Assembly (NCBI RefSeq): GCF_004010195.1
Contig: NC_057720.1
Location: forward strand, 3,671,497 to 3,735,496
Length of the DNA: 64,000 nucleotides
Direction: 5' to 3'
Source of the DNA: Chiloscyllium plagiosum
Taxonomy: Eukaryota
The position numbers and the translations under genes were made by a program. The notes beneath the pieces were generated by a model. That model had not been told where the DNA came from and searched no databases. It saw only the letters and a list, made by a program, of their open reading frames with translations. This document shows positions 13,121-26,768 of the stretch, piece by piece. The first letter of the stretch is position 1. Every line of letters begins with the position of its first letter.

Positions 13121-13212
13121 CATTTTGAGTTCTCCATTTCAACAACCACTTGTTTGTGCCATCACAGGCTGCACTTTGAGGGTAGTCTTACAATTGCCTG
13201 CAACATAGAAGG

Positions 13213-13309
13213 GATTAGTGGTGCTGGAAGAGCACAGCAGTTCAGGCAGCATCCAAGGAGCTTCGAAATCGACATTTTGGGCAAAAGCCCTTCATCAGGA
13301 ATGTTTTTA
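13213..13309 (-). mobile_element. Penelope pLTR/hammerhead mini-insert with 16-bp TSD
   Basis: TSD cctgcaacatagaagg at 13197-13212 and 13310-13325. Minus strand attcCTGATGAagggcttttgccc(a)AAAtgtc. Confidence 0.75.
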
Positions 13310-13576
13310 CCTGCAACATAGAAGGTATTGACTGAATGAAATTGGTCTTTATCAGTGAGTGGTGTGCAATATTTGGGGCCTTTGTAATCTCTGAATGGTG
13401 AGACTGATTCAATGCTGTAATCCCACCAAGCATAGCTGAGTGTCTCGACCATTATTAAGAACATCAGTTTGCTGCTCTGATTTCAAAACTTTAAGCCATA
13501 ACCTTTTTTTTAAACACCAGGATTTCTGCTTTTCTTCTATTGTACATTGCTCAATTCTGTGTACTTTCTGTCTTAG

Positions 13577-13808
13577 GCAACCCTGAAGATGCTGCTCGAT
13601 CACCTGAAACTTGTAGCTTCGTACCATGAGGTAAATAAGATGACCTGCCAGAACTTGGCTGTATGTTTTGGGCCTGTACTTTTAAGTCAGCGCCAGGAGA
13701 CTTCCAACCATAGCCATAGGGTTTTTACAGACTCTGAGGAATTGGCCAATGCACTGGACTTCAAGAAACATATAGAAGTGTTGCATTATCTACTTCAACT
13801 TTGGCCAG
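13577..13808 (+). CDS. SYDE2: SYDE2 (Rho GTPase-activating protein) penultimate coding exon, end of the RhoGAP domain
   Basis: Acceptor tttctgtcttAG at 13575-76 and donor GTAAGA at 13809. Translates [41 protein letters not shown]...[17 protein letters not shown], which contains the RhoGAP [14 protein letters not shown] motif and matches my recall of vertebrate SYDE2. Ends in phase 1. Confidence 0.95.
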
Positions 13809-14547
13809 GTAAGAGAAACTTTTCAATGCTTTTGTGTGTTGCTGCAACATTCCTTTCTGAACAAACTATGTCTTGAAAAACGAAGTAGGTTAGCTATGTT
13901 CTGTGAAGATGGTTCTGTGGACGTACCATCTTCTAATCTCTATCAATACTGTACCTCAACATGAAATTTCTAAATATTGTATTATTGAGCCTTATCACAA
14001 AATAATGCAGATAGCTAACTCTTTAAACTTTAGTATTTACATCAGGGGGTATGGTGTTGGAAGGCATTGATGGAATTTTTTTAAACTTTTTTTGTGTTTT
14101 TAAGGTTTTTAGTGCACTTTACATTGATCTAACTCAGATATTTTGCAGCTATTGGGCACGTTCCTGAGTGTGAGCAAAAACAGCCTGAAGAAATAGTCAA
14201 ATATTGTGTTGTGTGGTTTCAGCCTGTTCTGTTCCTGTGAAATGATATGCTCCAGTGCCTTACCCAAGTGACCCCAATTCATTATGCAAAAGAAGTGTTG
14301 GCAGGCTGTGTGGGAGGCAGATCGTAACAGTGAGGCCAGGTTCTGCCTTTTATCCAACAGTGACTGGATGAGCACAATCCATATGAAACTGGCTGATTCT
14401 TCCCTACTGTAGCCCTGGGATTGTAATGCCCACTTTGACAAGATCACTACTTCTACATCTGAAACGAATTAACTTGGATCAGTTTGCTTAGTTTCTTTTG
14501 TTTTCCAAATGAAATCATTATGAACATTAAAAACAAAACTAAATATA

Positions 14548-14660
14548 GGAGGACTCTGTGGCGCAGTCCCTACTTCTGAACCAAGAGGTCTCTGTTCAAG
14601 TCCCACCTGCTTCAGAAATGTGTGAGATAACATTTCAGAACAGGTTGACAAGAAAATACC
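14548..14660 (+). mobile_element. Short tRNA-derived SINE
   Basis: tgtggcgcagt (A box-like) and gttcaagtccc (B box-like). Confidence 0.5.
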
Positions 14661-14719
14661 TCCAAAAGATGTTTCATACAGTGTCATACTGGGTCATGGA
14701 ATAATAGAACCACTAACAA

Positions 14720-16880
14720 TGTGGACATATATTTGGTTTAGATTTCAGCAAAGGAGGACAAAGGAATTGATTAAGAAGGGGAGAATAGTGTACAAGATTA
14801 ACATACAAGCTGCTTGTAAATGTTTCTATAGATATGTGAACAGAAGACAAATTGAGGTCCCTTGTGTCAAACAGGGAAAGTTAATAATGAAGAACAAAGA
14901 TGGCAGACTAATTAGATACATATTTAAAATCAAAGAACCCCTACAGTTCAGAAAGAGGCCATTCGACTCATTGAGTCTGAAATGACCTTCTGAAGAGCAT
15001 CCCACTTGGACCCACAGCCCACTCCATCCCTGTAACACTTCCATGTGGTTTCTCCCATGGCTAACCCACCTACTTGCACATCCCTGGACACTACAGGACA
15101 ATTTTTACCACAGCCAATCCACCTAACCTACAAATCTTTGGACTGTGGGAGGAAACCAGACTGCTTGAAGGATACCCGTGCAGACGTGGGAAGAACATGC
15201 AACCACCACACAGACAGTCACCAGAGGGTGGAATCAAACCCGGATTCCTGGTGCTGTGAGGCAGCAGTGCTAACCGTTGTTCCGCCTGGTGTGCCACTAT
15301 TTAGGTTATTGCTTTCACAAAGAAGGACATAAACAATGTCCCAAAAATATTGGGGGATCTCAGGGTCTAAGAGGGGAAGAAGCTGAAGGAAATCGGCATT
15401 AGTAGGGAAATGGGGAGATTGATAGGATTAAAGACTGTTATATCCCTGTAGAGTCTGATAATCTGCATCCCAGAATAGTTAAGGAATTGGCCCTAGAAAT
15501 TGTGGGGATGCATTGGTAGTCATTTTCCATGATTCTGTAGAGACTGGAACAGTTCCTGTGGATTGGAGAATAGCTAATGAAACCCCTTTTGTTTTTGAAA
15601 GGAGGTAGGGAGAAAGCAGGGAATTACAGAAGAGTTAGTCTTACATTGATGATAGGAAAAATTCTAGAGTTCATTAAAAGAGATTTAATAAAAGCACACT
15701 TGGAAAACAGTTACATGAACAGATGGAATCAACACAAGGGAAATCATAATTGACAAATCTACTGGAATTCTTTGAGGATGCTACTAATAGATTGGATAAG
15801 TTTAATTAGACTTTCATAAGGCCTTTGATTAGGTCCCTCATAAGAGGTTAGCATGTAAAATTAAAGCGCAAAATATTGGGGATAGGGTACTGACATGTAT
15901 AGAGACCTGATAGGGAGACAGGAAGCAAAGAGCAGGAATTAATGGGTTACTTTCCGAGTGGCAGGCAGTGATGAGTGGGTACTGTAAGGATCAGTGCTTG
16001 GATCCCAGCTACTTATGATATATGCTAATGGTTTAGATGAACGAACTAAATTTAATATCTCCAAGTTTGAAGATGACACAAAGCTGGGAGGTGAATGCAG
16101 AGATGATTCATTGTGATTTTTCACAGTTTGAGTGGGCAGGGGCATGGCAGATGAAGTATTATGTGGATAAATGTGAGGCTTTCCACATTGATAGCAAAAA
16201 CAGGAAGGCCATTTAGTATCTGCATGGCAATAGACTGGGAAAGGGCAGGTACAACAAGACCTGGATGTCCTTACCAGTCGCTGAAGATAAGCATGCAGGT
16301 GCAGCAGGTGGTGAGGAAGGCAAATGGTGTGTTGGCCTTTATAACGAGAGGATTCAATGACACGAGCAGGGATATATGTTTTTCTGCAGTTTTACAGGGA
16401 CTTGACAAGACCACACCTAAAGTGTTGTATGTAGTTTTAGTCTCCTTACTTGAGATAGAGTGTTCTGACTATGGATGGGATGCAGTGAAAGTTGACCAGA
16501 CCGATTCCTGGAATGACGGGACTGATGTATGGAGAGAGACTGGATCAATTAGGACTATATTCACTGGAATGTAGAAAAATGAGGGGAGAGAACATGAAGA
16601 CCTATGGAATTCTACAGAACTAGACAGGGTTAATGCAGGGTGACCGTGGAATCCAGAACCAGGGATCACACTTTAAGGATATGAGGTAGGCTATTTAGGA
16701 CAGAGATGAAGAGAAATTTCTTCACCCAGAGAGTGTTGAGTCTGTGGAATTCTCTGTCACTGTGGTTGAGACCAAAATATTGAATGTTTTCAAAAAGCCA
16801 TTAGATATATTTGCTAGGCTAAAGGGATCAAAGGGTAAGGAGAGAAAGTGGGAGTAGGGGACTGTGAAACTGAAATGAAC
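14720..16880 (+). mobile_element. Old degenerate CR1 LINE (ORF2)
   Basis: Decayed RT motifs (ggaaatcataattgacaaatctactggaattctttgagg; tttgaagatgacacaaagctggg) collinear with 11113-13120. Confidence 0.8.
14925..15298 (-). mobile_element. HE1/V-SINE nested in CR1
   Basis: Reverse-complement V-domain and head. Confidence 0.78.
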
Positions 16881-18414
16881 CTTGGTATGGCAGAAATAAA
16901 CCACTAAACATAACTCTTTCTTACTTCCCATTATTCTGCTATTAATCCCAGTCTGCAACAGTAACAGCTGCCCATAGTTATATTTCTCTCAAAGTTGTCT
17001 CAGCATTTGTTTCTTCTTGCCCCAGGCCCTAGTTAATTAAGTCCAGAATGCACAGATGGACAATGCTAATCTGTGAAGTGTAGACAAGGATCAAATTCTG
17101 AAAATGTTCAGCCAAATAAAATGCTCAGCAGCATATTCTTTTCAAGAATGTCAACCTCAGTGATATTTTCAATGTCAAGAAATTTTTGTTTCATTTGTTT
17201 ATGGGATATGTTGCCAGAAAGGCCACTACTTACTGTCAATCCTTAATTACCCTTGACAATGTGATGGTGAGCTCTACCACCATATATAAAGCATATATAT
17301 GTATATATAGATGTACTGTTGCAGGCTGAGTGATTGTACATCCAGTATATCATTAAGAAAAGAATTCCACAATTTGACACCGTGAAAATGAAATAGCAAT
17401 AATGAAATTTCAAGTCACAATAGCTTATGGCTTGAAGGGAAATGCTGATGGTGTTTCCATGCTGCTGCCGCCCTCCTGTCTATAGGTGATGGAGGTCATG
17501 GCTCACTAAGGTGCTGTTGATGGAGATCTGGCAAGTTATGGATGATCTTATGGATAGTGGATACTGCTACTTTTATGTTCCCACTCTGAAAGGAGTGAAT
17601 GCTTAAGATAGCTGAGGTGCATAAGTAGAAAATGCTTTTCTAAGAGACTGCTGCAAATTTGCATGATAACTTTCTTAGGCTTGATTGAAATTTATGGCTT
17701 CAAGTATATATTCCAGTTCAACCTGTTAGATCTGGTGAGTAGTCAGATCAGGAAGGTTTGTCAGGTCAGTACCTATTCAGATTTGATTAGGGCATCAAGA
17801 AGAGGAATTGAAAAGTTTCGGAATTTCAGTGCTGGATCTCATCAGGATCAGATGCCACTCTGACATTCAAACTTCCCAAGTTGTGTCATTAAGTTGGTTC
17901 ACAGGCCTTACAGCATTCATGACACATCTCTCTGTTACTACTGTCGTGAACCCGGCTTGTGTTATTATTTCACTAGCCACATCCTAGACTGAAACCTGGC
18001 TTGATGGATTGTGTTTGATTTGTGTTGATTTTAACAAAGTTGGCTCCATGTTGAAGCATAAAAATGCTATGCTGCATATTTTGCATTAATAAAACTTATT
18101 AATGAAAGAAGTGAACATAGAATAACCAAGCTATGTACTCATAGCACAACTTCAAAGATCTTTTTATACACAGCATGTGTATAGTCCCATTAATCTCAAA
18201 ATACATATTTACAAATTGAAAAGAAAAATAACAGCTGTGATATAGAGCACAAGTACTGGACAGCTCTGGTACAGTATCCAAATCTGACTTGGAACACCAC
18301 AACACCAGTCATATCGTACTCACACCAGTGTCCCTGTCTCTAACACCATGGTAAATTTAAGTCACTGTGACTTTAACATATAGACTGTAACTGCAGGTAA
18401 TAATTTCCTGGAAC

Positions 18415-18795
18415 TTTTGTTTATTTGTTCATGGGAAATGGGTGTGCTGGTTGGGATATCCATACCAGAGGAGTTAAACATATTGGTGTGTACGATGTAG
18501 GTCAAACTAGGTAAAGATGGCAGATTCTGTCACAAAAAGACTTTTTTTTTAAAATAACAAATTGATGGTTTTGTGGTCACCATTAGGATAGCTTTTTATT
18601 TCAGATTATTGTTGAATTGCAAAATGCTGACTACCTACCTGATCCAACAGCTTCAACAGACATATACTTGAAGCCATAAATTTCAACCAAGCCTAAGGAA
18701 GTTATCATCGACCATAGTAGGAGTTGAACCCAATGTCGCCAGAGGTCCTGGATTTCTGTTCCAGTGAAATTACCACCGTGCCATTACCTCCCCTT
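18415..18795 (-). mobile_element. tRNA-derived shark SINE (related copies at 33510-33710, 45135-45380, 61680-61800, 61930-62095, and on + at 55700-56000)
   Basis: Shared core ggtctggagtcacatgtaggccagaccaggtaaggatggcag, seen repeatedly in this window. Confidence 0.55.
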
Positions 18796-19389
18796 AGCTG
18801 TTGTACACCTCAGCATAAACATACTCAACTTTAAGTAACCTTTTCAGGGTTTTATTCCAACACTTTTTGTTTGAGACTGACACTAACTCTTCATTCTCAG
18901 GTAGCCTATACATATTCCTTCCCTTCTCGAGAATGCTGGTCTGTGCAGCCACCTTCATCCTGGGACTCTTTAAAACTCAATAAAAATAGAACTAAAAGTA
19001 AAATCTCCCTGTCTAAACTATGGGAGCATCCCTTAGCTTAAAACAAAGTTCCAGACAGCTGTTACAAACGTTGAGGCCCAATTATTTACCTTGTGGAGAC
19101 ACAAAACAATCCAAGATAAATGAAAATCTATTAATGGTGCACAAAACCCCATTTAATTCTAAAGCTAGACCACAAAATCTATTTTGAAAGCAATCACCAT
19201 GACTCAAGAATTACTTAAAAGTTGATTATTAACTGCAGACACAAAAAAGCCGACATGTTAAGAACTCAAAAACCCAAAACCCAAAGTTAGAATAAATATG
19301 TTAAAACATATGGAAATCTCAGCATTTGCATTTGGGCTCTTGTGTATCAATTTCAAACAAACATGATCACAGCCAGTGCTTGAACTTAC

Positions 19390-20650
19390 ATTGATTGATT
19401 TATTGCCATAAGGTACTGTGAAAAGTTTTGTTTATGAGAAATACAAGCAGGTCATAATAAGCAAAGATGTACAGATCGAAAAGACTTAGAGACATACAGA
19501 TTACATCGCACAGATGTGTGCTAGACGAGATCAACATTAGCAAGATCAGCATTATTCGAGGCTAGAGCGTCCATTCATCAGTCTACTAATGTCCATGAAG
19601 AAGCTGTTCCTGAACCTGCTGATGCGTGTGTTCAGGCTTCTGTATTTTCTGCCTGGTGGAAGAGGTTGTTGGAGATCATTACCAGGGTGCGATGGGTCTT
19701 TGATGATGCTGGCAGCCTTTCCACAGCAGCGAGCCATGTAAATGGTGACCGTGAGTGGAAGATTGGCTTCTATGATAGTCTGGGCTGTCCACACAACCCT
19801 GTATAGTTTCTTACAGCACTGGGCAGAGCAGTTGCTGTACCAGGCTTTTAAGCACCTGGATAATATGTCCTCAATGGTGCATCTGTAGAAATTGGTGAAG
19901 GTCCTTTTGGACATGCCAAATTTCCTGAACCGCCTGAGGAAAAAGAGGTGTTGTTGTGCTTTTTTGACTGGCACATCGACATGGGAAGTCCAGGATAGAT
20001 TGTCAGTCATCATCACTCCGAGAAACTTGACCTTCTCCACTCTCCCAACCTCAGTTCTGTTGATGTAGATGTTCTCTTCCTTTCTTTCTGAAGTCAATGA
20101 TCAGTTCTCTAATTTTGCCTGTCTCCCTGCTGTATTTTGACTCGTCATTGTTAGTTAGCCGTCCAACTATGGTGGTGTCGTCAGCATTTATTTGGAATTT
20201 GGTGACACAGTCATGGGTGTACAGGAAGTTCAGCAGAGGGAGAAAGTGAGGACTGCAGATGCTGGAGATCAGAGCTTTAAAATGTGTTGCTGGAAAAGTG
20301 CAGCCTGACCTGCTGCGCTTTTCCAGCAACATATTTTTAAGTTCAGCAGAGGGCAGAGTATGCATTCTTGGGGGCTCCAGTGTTGAATGTTATTGTGGTG
20401 GAGATGCAGTTGTATATCTTGACTGGTTGATTGATTGCAGTTTGTGGGTCGGGAAGCTGAGAATCCAGTTGCAGAGGACGGAGCTGAGACCAAGGTCACA
20501 GAGTTTTGATATCACTCTGGTGGGGATAATGCTGTAGTCAATGAGCAGGATTCTGATGAAGATGTCCTTGTTGCTCAGATGTTCCAGGAATGTGTGCAAG
20601 GCTAGGGAAATGGATCCCCTGTGGACCCATTATGTCGGAAGGCAAATTGC
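19390..20650 (-). mobile_element. Rex1/Babar-type LINE, 3' part
   Basis: ORFs 20390..20599 (LEHLSNKDIFIRILLIDYS) and 19552..20097 (KFLGV..NLSWTSH..KKAQQHLFFLRR..FYRCTIE). Confidence 0.85.
20241..20338. mobile_element. Penelope family A fold-back fragment with 15-bp TSD, inside the Rex element
   Basis: TSD aagttcagcagaggg at 20226-20240 and 20339-20353. Confidence 0.75.
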
Positions 20651-22439
20651 CAATTGATTATTGAAGTCTTTCTATTCTATGGAACAATCTATGGATTTTT
20701 GAACCAAATTTCAATAGAGGTCAAATTGAATTTAGCCACTGGTAAGTAAGTACAATTTGGGACCCCAAAATTTCATTTTGCCTTGAAATTCATTTCACTT
20801 CATGCAATGAGGTAGATACTTACTTCCTAACACAAGATTATATCTATGAACATGTTCAATGAAATTTATGTATGTTGGAAAAGAGTAAATAACTCCATAT
20901 ATTGGCATTAATGTACAGTTTAATCAAAGTATATTGAGAGTTCAATGAAATTTGGTTATAATTAATCTTTATTTTAAATCTGATAGTGTGTATTGTCATT
21001 CAACCTTGTTTAAGGGTCAAAGTGCACATTTTCAAGTTTTATACTGAGAAGTGTTTTTGAACTATCCTGAAGGAATTTATTCTTGTCATTACTCCAAAAG
21101 CTGCACTTCCCTTAAATTATTTGCAATACCATTATATCCTCACCCTAGTGCACAGAAGGAATTTCGACCCTAGCATTTGCTATGGGGAAAGGATACTGCA
21201 GACTTCCTGCAGTTGTACATTTCCCAATGAAGCTTTGAATTGAAGTTACATTTCCTGGGGCTCAGTTATTTCATACTGTCTTAATAACCTGAAATAATTT
21301 TATAGCTAATGCTGATTCCTATTTTTGAATTTATTTAATCTGCCTCATCTTCTGAATGTTCTGGTAAGGACATAGCAAGACCGACATACCAGGTGTTGAA
21401 TTCTGATGAAAGTTTCCTGAAGGCTGACTGAAGGGAATGATGTACATTTGAAGTTACTGCTTTCAAGAAAAAGAAATTCATTACTATTTTTGTTAATGAA
21501 AACATTGGCGATGCAGGAGCTGTTTACCATGTCTAATTCAATAATGATTCTATTTGAGATTTCAACAACACTACTTTTTAAGATTTGGGCTCAATAGCCT
21601 ATTTAATTTCCTGTTCTCGTGATCTTAGTTAAATAGTACAAGACAGCGTCAACGTTTGATTGATTTTTCTGTGCATATGGTCAGAAATCTTGCTAAGTCA
21701 ACAAATTTCTGTTAGTTACTCTGGTATCAAGTGTTCAATTTACCATTTTTGTCTGATTCGAGGAACAAGTCACTTGCAAGTACTCGTCCTTCAATTTTTG
21801 TGTGTGTGTTGTGATTCTAAATTCAGGCCAAATTGTGGGAATGAATTGCCTTCTGTTTTGCCGTACGTGAACCTACTATATGAGAAGATTTGGACATCTT
21901 TAACTTTGGTTCAGAACAAAGTATAGTCCATAATTTAGTAGAAAGTCTCATTCTATTTGCAATTCTGCTCAATAACCAAAAGTAAATTTAAATGGAGAGT
22001 CCAAGGAATTCTGTCGTCTTCTTTCTTTCCCACTGTCTCTCATTCTTCCCCACCCCACGCACACACTAAAGGGTAAAGAAATACCCTTTAGTAGGAGCTT
22101 GTTTCACAACCTGCCGTGCTTTGAGTGTGCAACAGGGTTCTAATCATCCAGTCAGCTGTGGGAAGCAAGCTGACCAGCCCACTGTGATAACCAACATCAG
22201 AAAATGTTGGTTTAAAGGTTTTGGACAACAGTGAGATGGGGAATGAGTGGAGGAATTTTAGTTTTAGGCGATTAATAATGCCCTGAAAGTCACTGGTCGG
22301 AAGTGTGGTAGAAATGGAAACAATATGATTTCAAAAAGACATTGAAGGGCCTGTGAAGGAAATAAACTTGCAGAGCATCAGAAATAGACTGACTGGATTG
22401 ATGTGCAGAGATCCAACATGGACTGAATAGCTCTGAATA

Positions 22440-22642
22440 TCCTGCTCAATACTTGTTGTTTAATCAACATCACTAAAACATATTTTTATCTTTGAGGTCT
22501 TGCTGTGTGCAAATTGACTGGTGTACCTCCCGCATTGCAACAGTGACGATATTTTAAAAGTCCTTTGTGTGACTGCAAAGTACTGAAACATCTTGAGGCT
22601 TCTCATAGTACATAAATGCAAGTCTTTATTTTACTTTCTTTC
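22440..22642 (+). mobile_element. DeuSINE/SacSINE1-like 3' portion
   Basis: caacatcactaaaaca...ttgctgtgtgcaaattg...ataaatgcaagtcttt resembles SacSINE1 (from recall). A related minus-strand copy lies at 23885-24075. Confidence 0.55.
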
Positions 22643-22944
22643 ATGCTGCAGTAACAATTGTTCTTCAGTTATGGTTTAGGCATGCTGGATCCAAATAAAA
22701 GCAAATTTATCTACTCTGCTGTTGTCTGTTCTGTCTGGCTAAGGAGTCCTTGTTAATACTAAAAGACCAAGTCTATCATCCCTCGCCTGGCGAAACACCA
22801 AACCTTACTTTTTACCTGTGGGAGAGGAGGAGCCTTTTTTTTTGGTCATTTCTTTGCAGAGAATTTGAAATTCACATGCATTGCAGCTAATTCATTGACC
22901 CAATAAACCATAATGGTAGCATCTGTGGACAGAAAGCAAAACAG

Positions 22945-23580
22945 TTATAGAGTCATAGAAATGTACAGCGTGGAAACAGACCCTTCGGTCCAAACCGTCC
23001 ATGCCAGATACCCCAACCCAATCTAGTCCCACCTGCCAGCACCCGGCCCATATCCCTCCAAACCCTTCCTATTCATATACTCATCCAAATGCCTCTTAAA
23101 TGTTGCAATTGTACCAGCCTCCACCACTTCCTCTGGCAGCTCATTCCATACACGTACCACCCTCTGCGTGAAAAAGTTGCTTCTTGGGTCTCTTTTATAT
23201 CTTTCCCCTCTCACCCTAAACCTATGCCCTCTAGTTCTGGACTCCCTGACCCCAGGGAAAAGACTTTGTCTATTTATCCTATCCATGCCCCTCATAATTT
23301 TGTAAACCTCTATAAGGTCACCCCTCAGCCTCCGATGCTCCAGGGAAAACAGCCCAGCCTGTTCAGCCTCTCCCTGTAGTTCAGATCCTCCAACCCTGGC
23401 AATATCCTTGTAAATATTTTCTGAACCCTTTCAAGTTTCACAACATCTTTCCGATAGGAAGGAGATCAGAATTGCACGCAATATTCCAACAGTGGCCTAA
23501 CCAATGTCATGTTGCGGCTGTACAGGACCTCCCAACTCCTGTACTCAATACGCTGACCAATAAAGGAAAGCATCCCAAAC
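22945..23580 (-). mobile_element. CR1 LINE 3' end
   Basis: ORF 23023..23295 (ESRTRGHRFRVRGERYK...FFTQRVVRVWNELP). Confidence 0.88.
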
Positions 23581-24074
23581 ATGTGGCTTAATGTTAAAGC
23601 CAGTGTGAAACACCTTGATACATTATGCTCCATAAATACAATAAGTTGTTTTTGAATTCTATGTGAGATGAACGCAGATAAGATTGGAAACTTACCAAAT
23701 AGTAAACATGGTATGAAGTTGTATTCGGATTATTGCATTTGGGGCCAGAAAATTGCATCGTGATCATGCGTTTTTAAAAAGATACAATTGCATTTAGCTT
23801 CAACTAATAAATGTCTCAGTGCTTTCTCGAACATAAGAACTAGGACCAAGAGTAGGCCATCTGGCCCTTCGAGCCTAAGTGTCGTCACTTATAATTAAAA
23901 AATATGGCAGCTAATTTGGATTCAGCCAACTCGAACAGCAAGATGAGGACGACCAGATAATCTGTTGTTTTTGTGATGTTGATTAAGGGATAAATAGTGG
24001 CTTTGTGCTCCTGAGCAAGCAGATAGGGACAGGGTTTAACATTTCGTCTGAAAGATGCCATCTGTGACAAGGCA

Positions 24075-25000
24075 GACAAGAAATTCGAGAAGAAAACTAT
24101 TCTGACAACACTCATAGATCTTCAGTCTGCGATGACAATGTCATCTCTGCGATCTCAAAAGATAAGCTTGAAGCCTTGCGTAATGTCTTTGTAGAAACAC
24201 ACCAAAGAATTGGTCTCAGCCACAACTCAAAAAGACTCCAGTCCTTTACTAATCCTTTCCAGGGCACGTTCCGGTCCATCCCTCCACTAAGATCAACAGA
24301 CAAATCATCCCAAATGTGCAACATTTCTCCCCCCTTGGGAAGCTGCTACTTGTCTAAAGCTCTCATCAATGCAGAGATCCAACCCCTCATCCAATCCTCA
24401 GAGGCATAAGGACGAAAGTCTTCATCCATGACATCTGTGCTGATAATGACATCCTTGAGTATAAGACAGTCATCCTTCTGATGCCTCAGTATGGCTTTGA
24501 AACTTGGGCAACATATAGATACCACTTCAAGGCCCTTGAAGTGTTGCCAAAGCTGAGATGAATTCCCTGCATCAGTTGGGAGTACGGTTGCACCAACCTT
24601 GAAGGAGCCAATAGCACAGGCATTGAGGCCTTGATCATCTGAAACCAACTCCGCTGGGCTGACCATGTGCTGAAGATGCCGATAATCTGACTGCCAAAGC
24701 AAATAAACTTCTCCTAGCTTAAGGAAGGCAGTTGAATGAGTGGACAAAGGAAGTGTTTCAAACACTCGATGAAGTCTTCCTTCAAGAAGTGTAACATGGA
24801 TGCCAATATGTGTGAGACTCTCTCTCAGAAGAAACTGACCTGTACGAAAGAAGACAATTCTTTGAGAACATCTGTCAGCAAGAGGAGGTAAGGAAGGACC
24901 CACAGAACCCATGACCAGTGACACAGAATTTCCCAGGTGGCAGTCATACTCCTTAGTGAGTGATTGTTGCTGCTGATGGTACCCTCAGTGTTGCAGTGGA
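24075..25000 (+). mobile_element. Degenerate RTE-clade LINE, RT/3' region
   Basis: Decayed motifs resembling DD..LQA..F.E....GLSLN..KT, LYGxETW, WADHV.RMP..RLPKQ and GQRK.FKD. Confidence 0.6.
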
Positions 25001-25249
25001 TCATTTGTCTTTGTATTCTTGAGCTCAAATAGTGGATTATTGCACTGTTCAGAAGATGTCATCCAACTCGAAACTTTAACTCTCCACGCACTGTGAGACC
25101 TACTAAGTTTTTCCTGCATTTTCTCTTTAACTTAAGTATTTTGTTAACTTCATCAATCTCTGCTATCTTTTCAGTGTTTTAGATTTCTGGCAAATTGTAA
25201 AGGTTGTGACATTGAGAGACCTCCAGTAGAGATTGGACTTTCTGACCTT

Positions 25250-25975
25250 TGAGTGGCAATGCCCCTGGGTAGCAGCGACTATATGATTGAAGTTTATGTG
25301 CAGTTTAAGGGAGGGCAGTGCTGGTCCAAGACGATGTTTTTGAATTAAACAAGGGTTAAAAAGCAGAGCTGGTGAACATGACCTGGCAATTTAGGTTAAT
25401 GAATAGGTAAATACAGATGCAGTACAAAACATTTAAGGGGATATTCCAACAAATGAGAGAAATTTGAAAGGATGAACCTGCCACCTGAGATTGACTTTAA
25501 AAAAAAGTTAAAGATGTTATCAAACTCGAAGAAAAGTCATATCGTTTTGCAAATATAGTTAACATGACAGAATAGAAAATGAGAAATAATTATTGGAAGA
25601 TTAATAAGGGGGGCAAAATTAGAGTAAGACAGAGTTAACCAAAAATATAAAAGCAAGTCTTTTTCAGATATATTTAAAAAAGTTAACCAAGTGTTAGTCC
25701 TATAGAACAGGATTCTGGGGGATTAATAATGAAGAATAAAGAGATGGCAGACAAATTGAAGGTATGTTTTACATCATTAAAAAAGGAGACAAGTAAAATT
25801 CCCAAAGAAAGCTGTATATCAGAATTGAAAGCGAAGCAGGAACTCAAGATAATTGCTGTTACCAGGGAGGGACTACTGAGTAAACTGTTGGAACTGTGTG
25901 TTGAAACGTCCCTGGATCCTGATGAATCACATCCTAGGGTCTTAAAAGAAGCAGCTGGTAATGTAGTTGATAGTA
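25250..25975 (+). mobile_element. Old CR1 ORF2 fragment
   Basis: ORF 25729..25989 (NKEMADKL...SLDPDESHPRVLKE). Confidence 0.65.
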
Positions 25976-26664
25976 GGTTCGATTTGTAGTGCTATTTATC
26001 TAGAGGAACTTTCTGCTCCTCCAGTACTTAAAGTGAAGCAGGCAGTTTGATCATTTAGCAACAGTTCAGTTAGAGGAAAGTCTTGGTGAAACAGAGCTGG
26101 ATGATGGCAGTGTAAATGTAAAAACTTGCATAATGCTTTCAGATGATGTCATTTATGGACAGCATGTAGATGAGGAGGAGGCCATGGAGAGGGGAGTGGT
26201 ACAGTGCAGAAGCCTGAAGAGAAGCCATTTTAATTGGTCCTTTGACTGCAGTTAGGTCACAGCTGGATGTCAGGGGTGAGGCACTGGACGTGCCGTTAGA
26301 TTGAAAGACTAAGGAAGGAAAGTTGATCTTTTGTCAAGGTTACATGGAAGTCTCAGATTTCATCCTGTAAGAACTGTCTTGATACTGTGGCAGGGAGTGG
26401 GGAGAAATTGGATAAAATAACTTCAAAACTTTCAAGCAGGCTGGTACAATTTCTGGCAGACAAGATGATCAAGATTTTAAGAGGAAAAAGAGGCTGGAGT
26501 TCATATTGTTTGCAAGGACAGTGGGGTTGGTGGTTTTTTGTAACTTTTTTTGAGATTTTGAAGTGTTCGTAGTGAAGTGGGGTCTTTGATAAATTTATCG
26601 GGCCATTTGTACAGAAGCACACATTTGACAAAGTGGATTATTTCGATCCTTTGTATCCGTGCTG

Positions 26665-26768
26665 ATAGAAACACTAAAAACAAATTGCTGGAAAAACTCA
26701 GCAGGTCTGGCAACACCTTTGGAGAGAAATCAGTTAACGTTTCGGGTCCAGTGACCCTCCTTGAGAAT
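26665..26768 (-). mobile_element. Penelope family B fragment with a degenerate hammerhead
   Basis: Minus strand ...GGAgggtcactggacccGAAACGTTaac. Confidence 0.65.

Noticed and set aside
13809..13876. ORF read-through after the SYDE2 exon (GKRNFSMLL...)
   Set aside because: It begins at a canonical GTAAGA donor, so it is intronic.
18850..19300. Possible solo LTR
   Set aside because: I could not identify TG...CA ends or a TSD with confidence.
24346..24924. 192-aa minus-strand ORF
   Set aside because: Antisense to a decayed RTE element, with no domain features.
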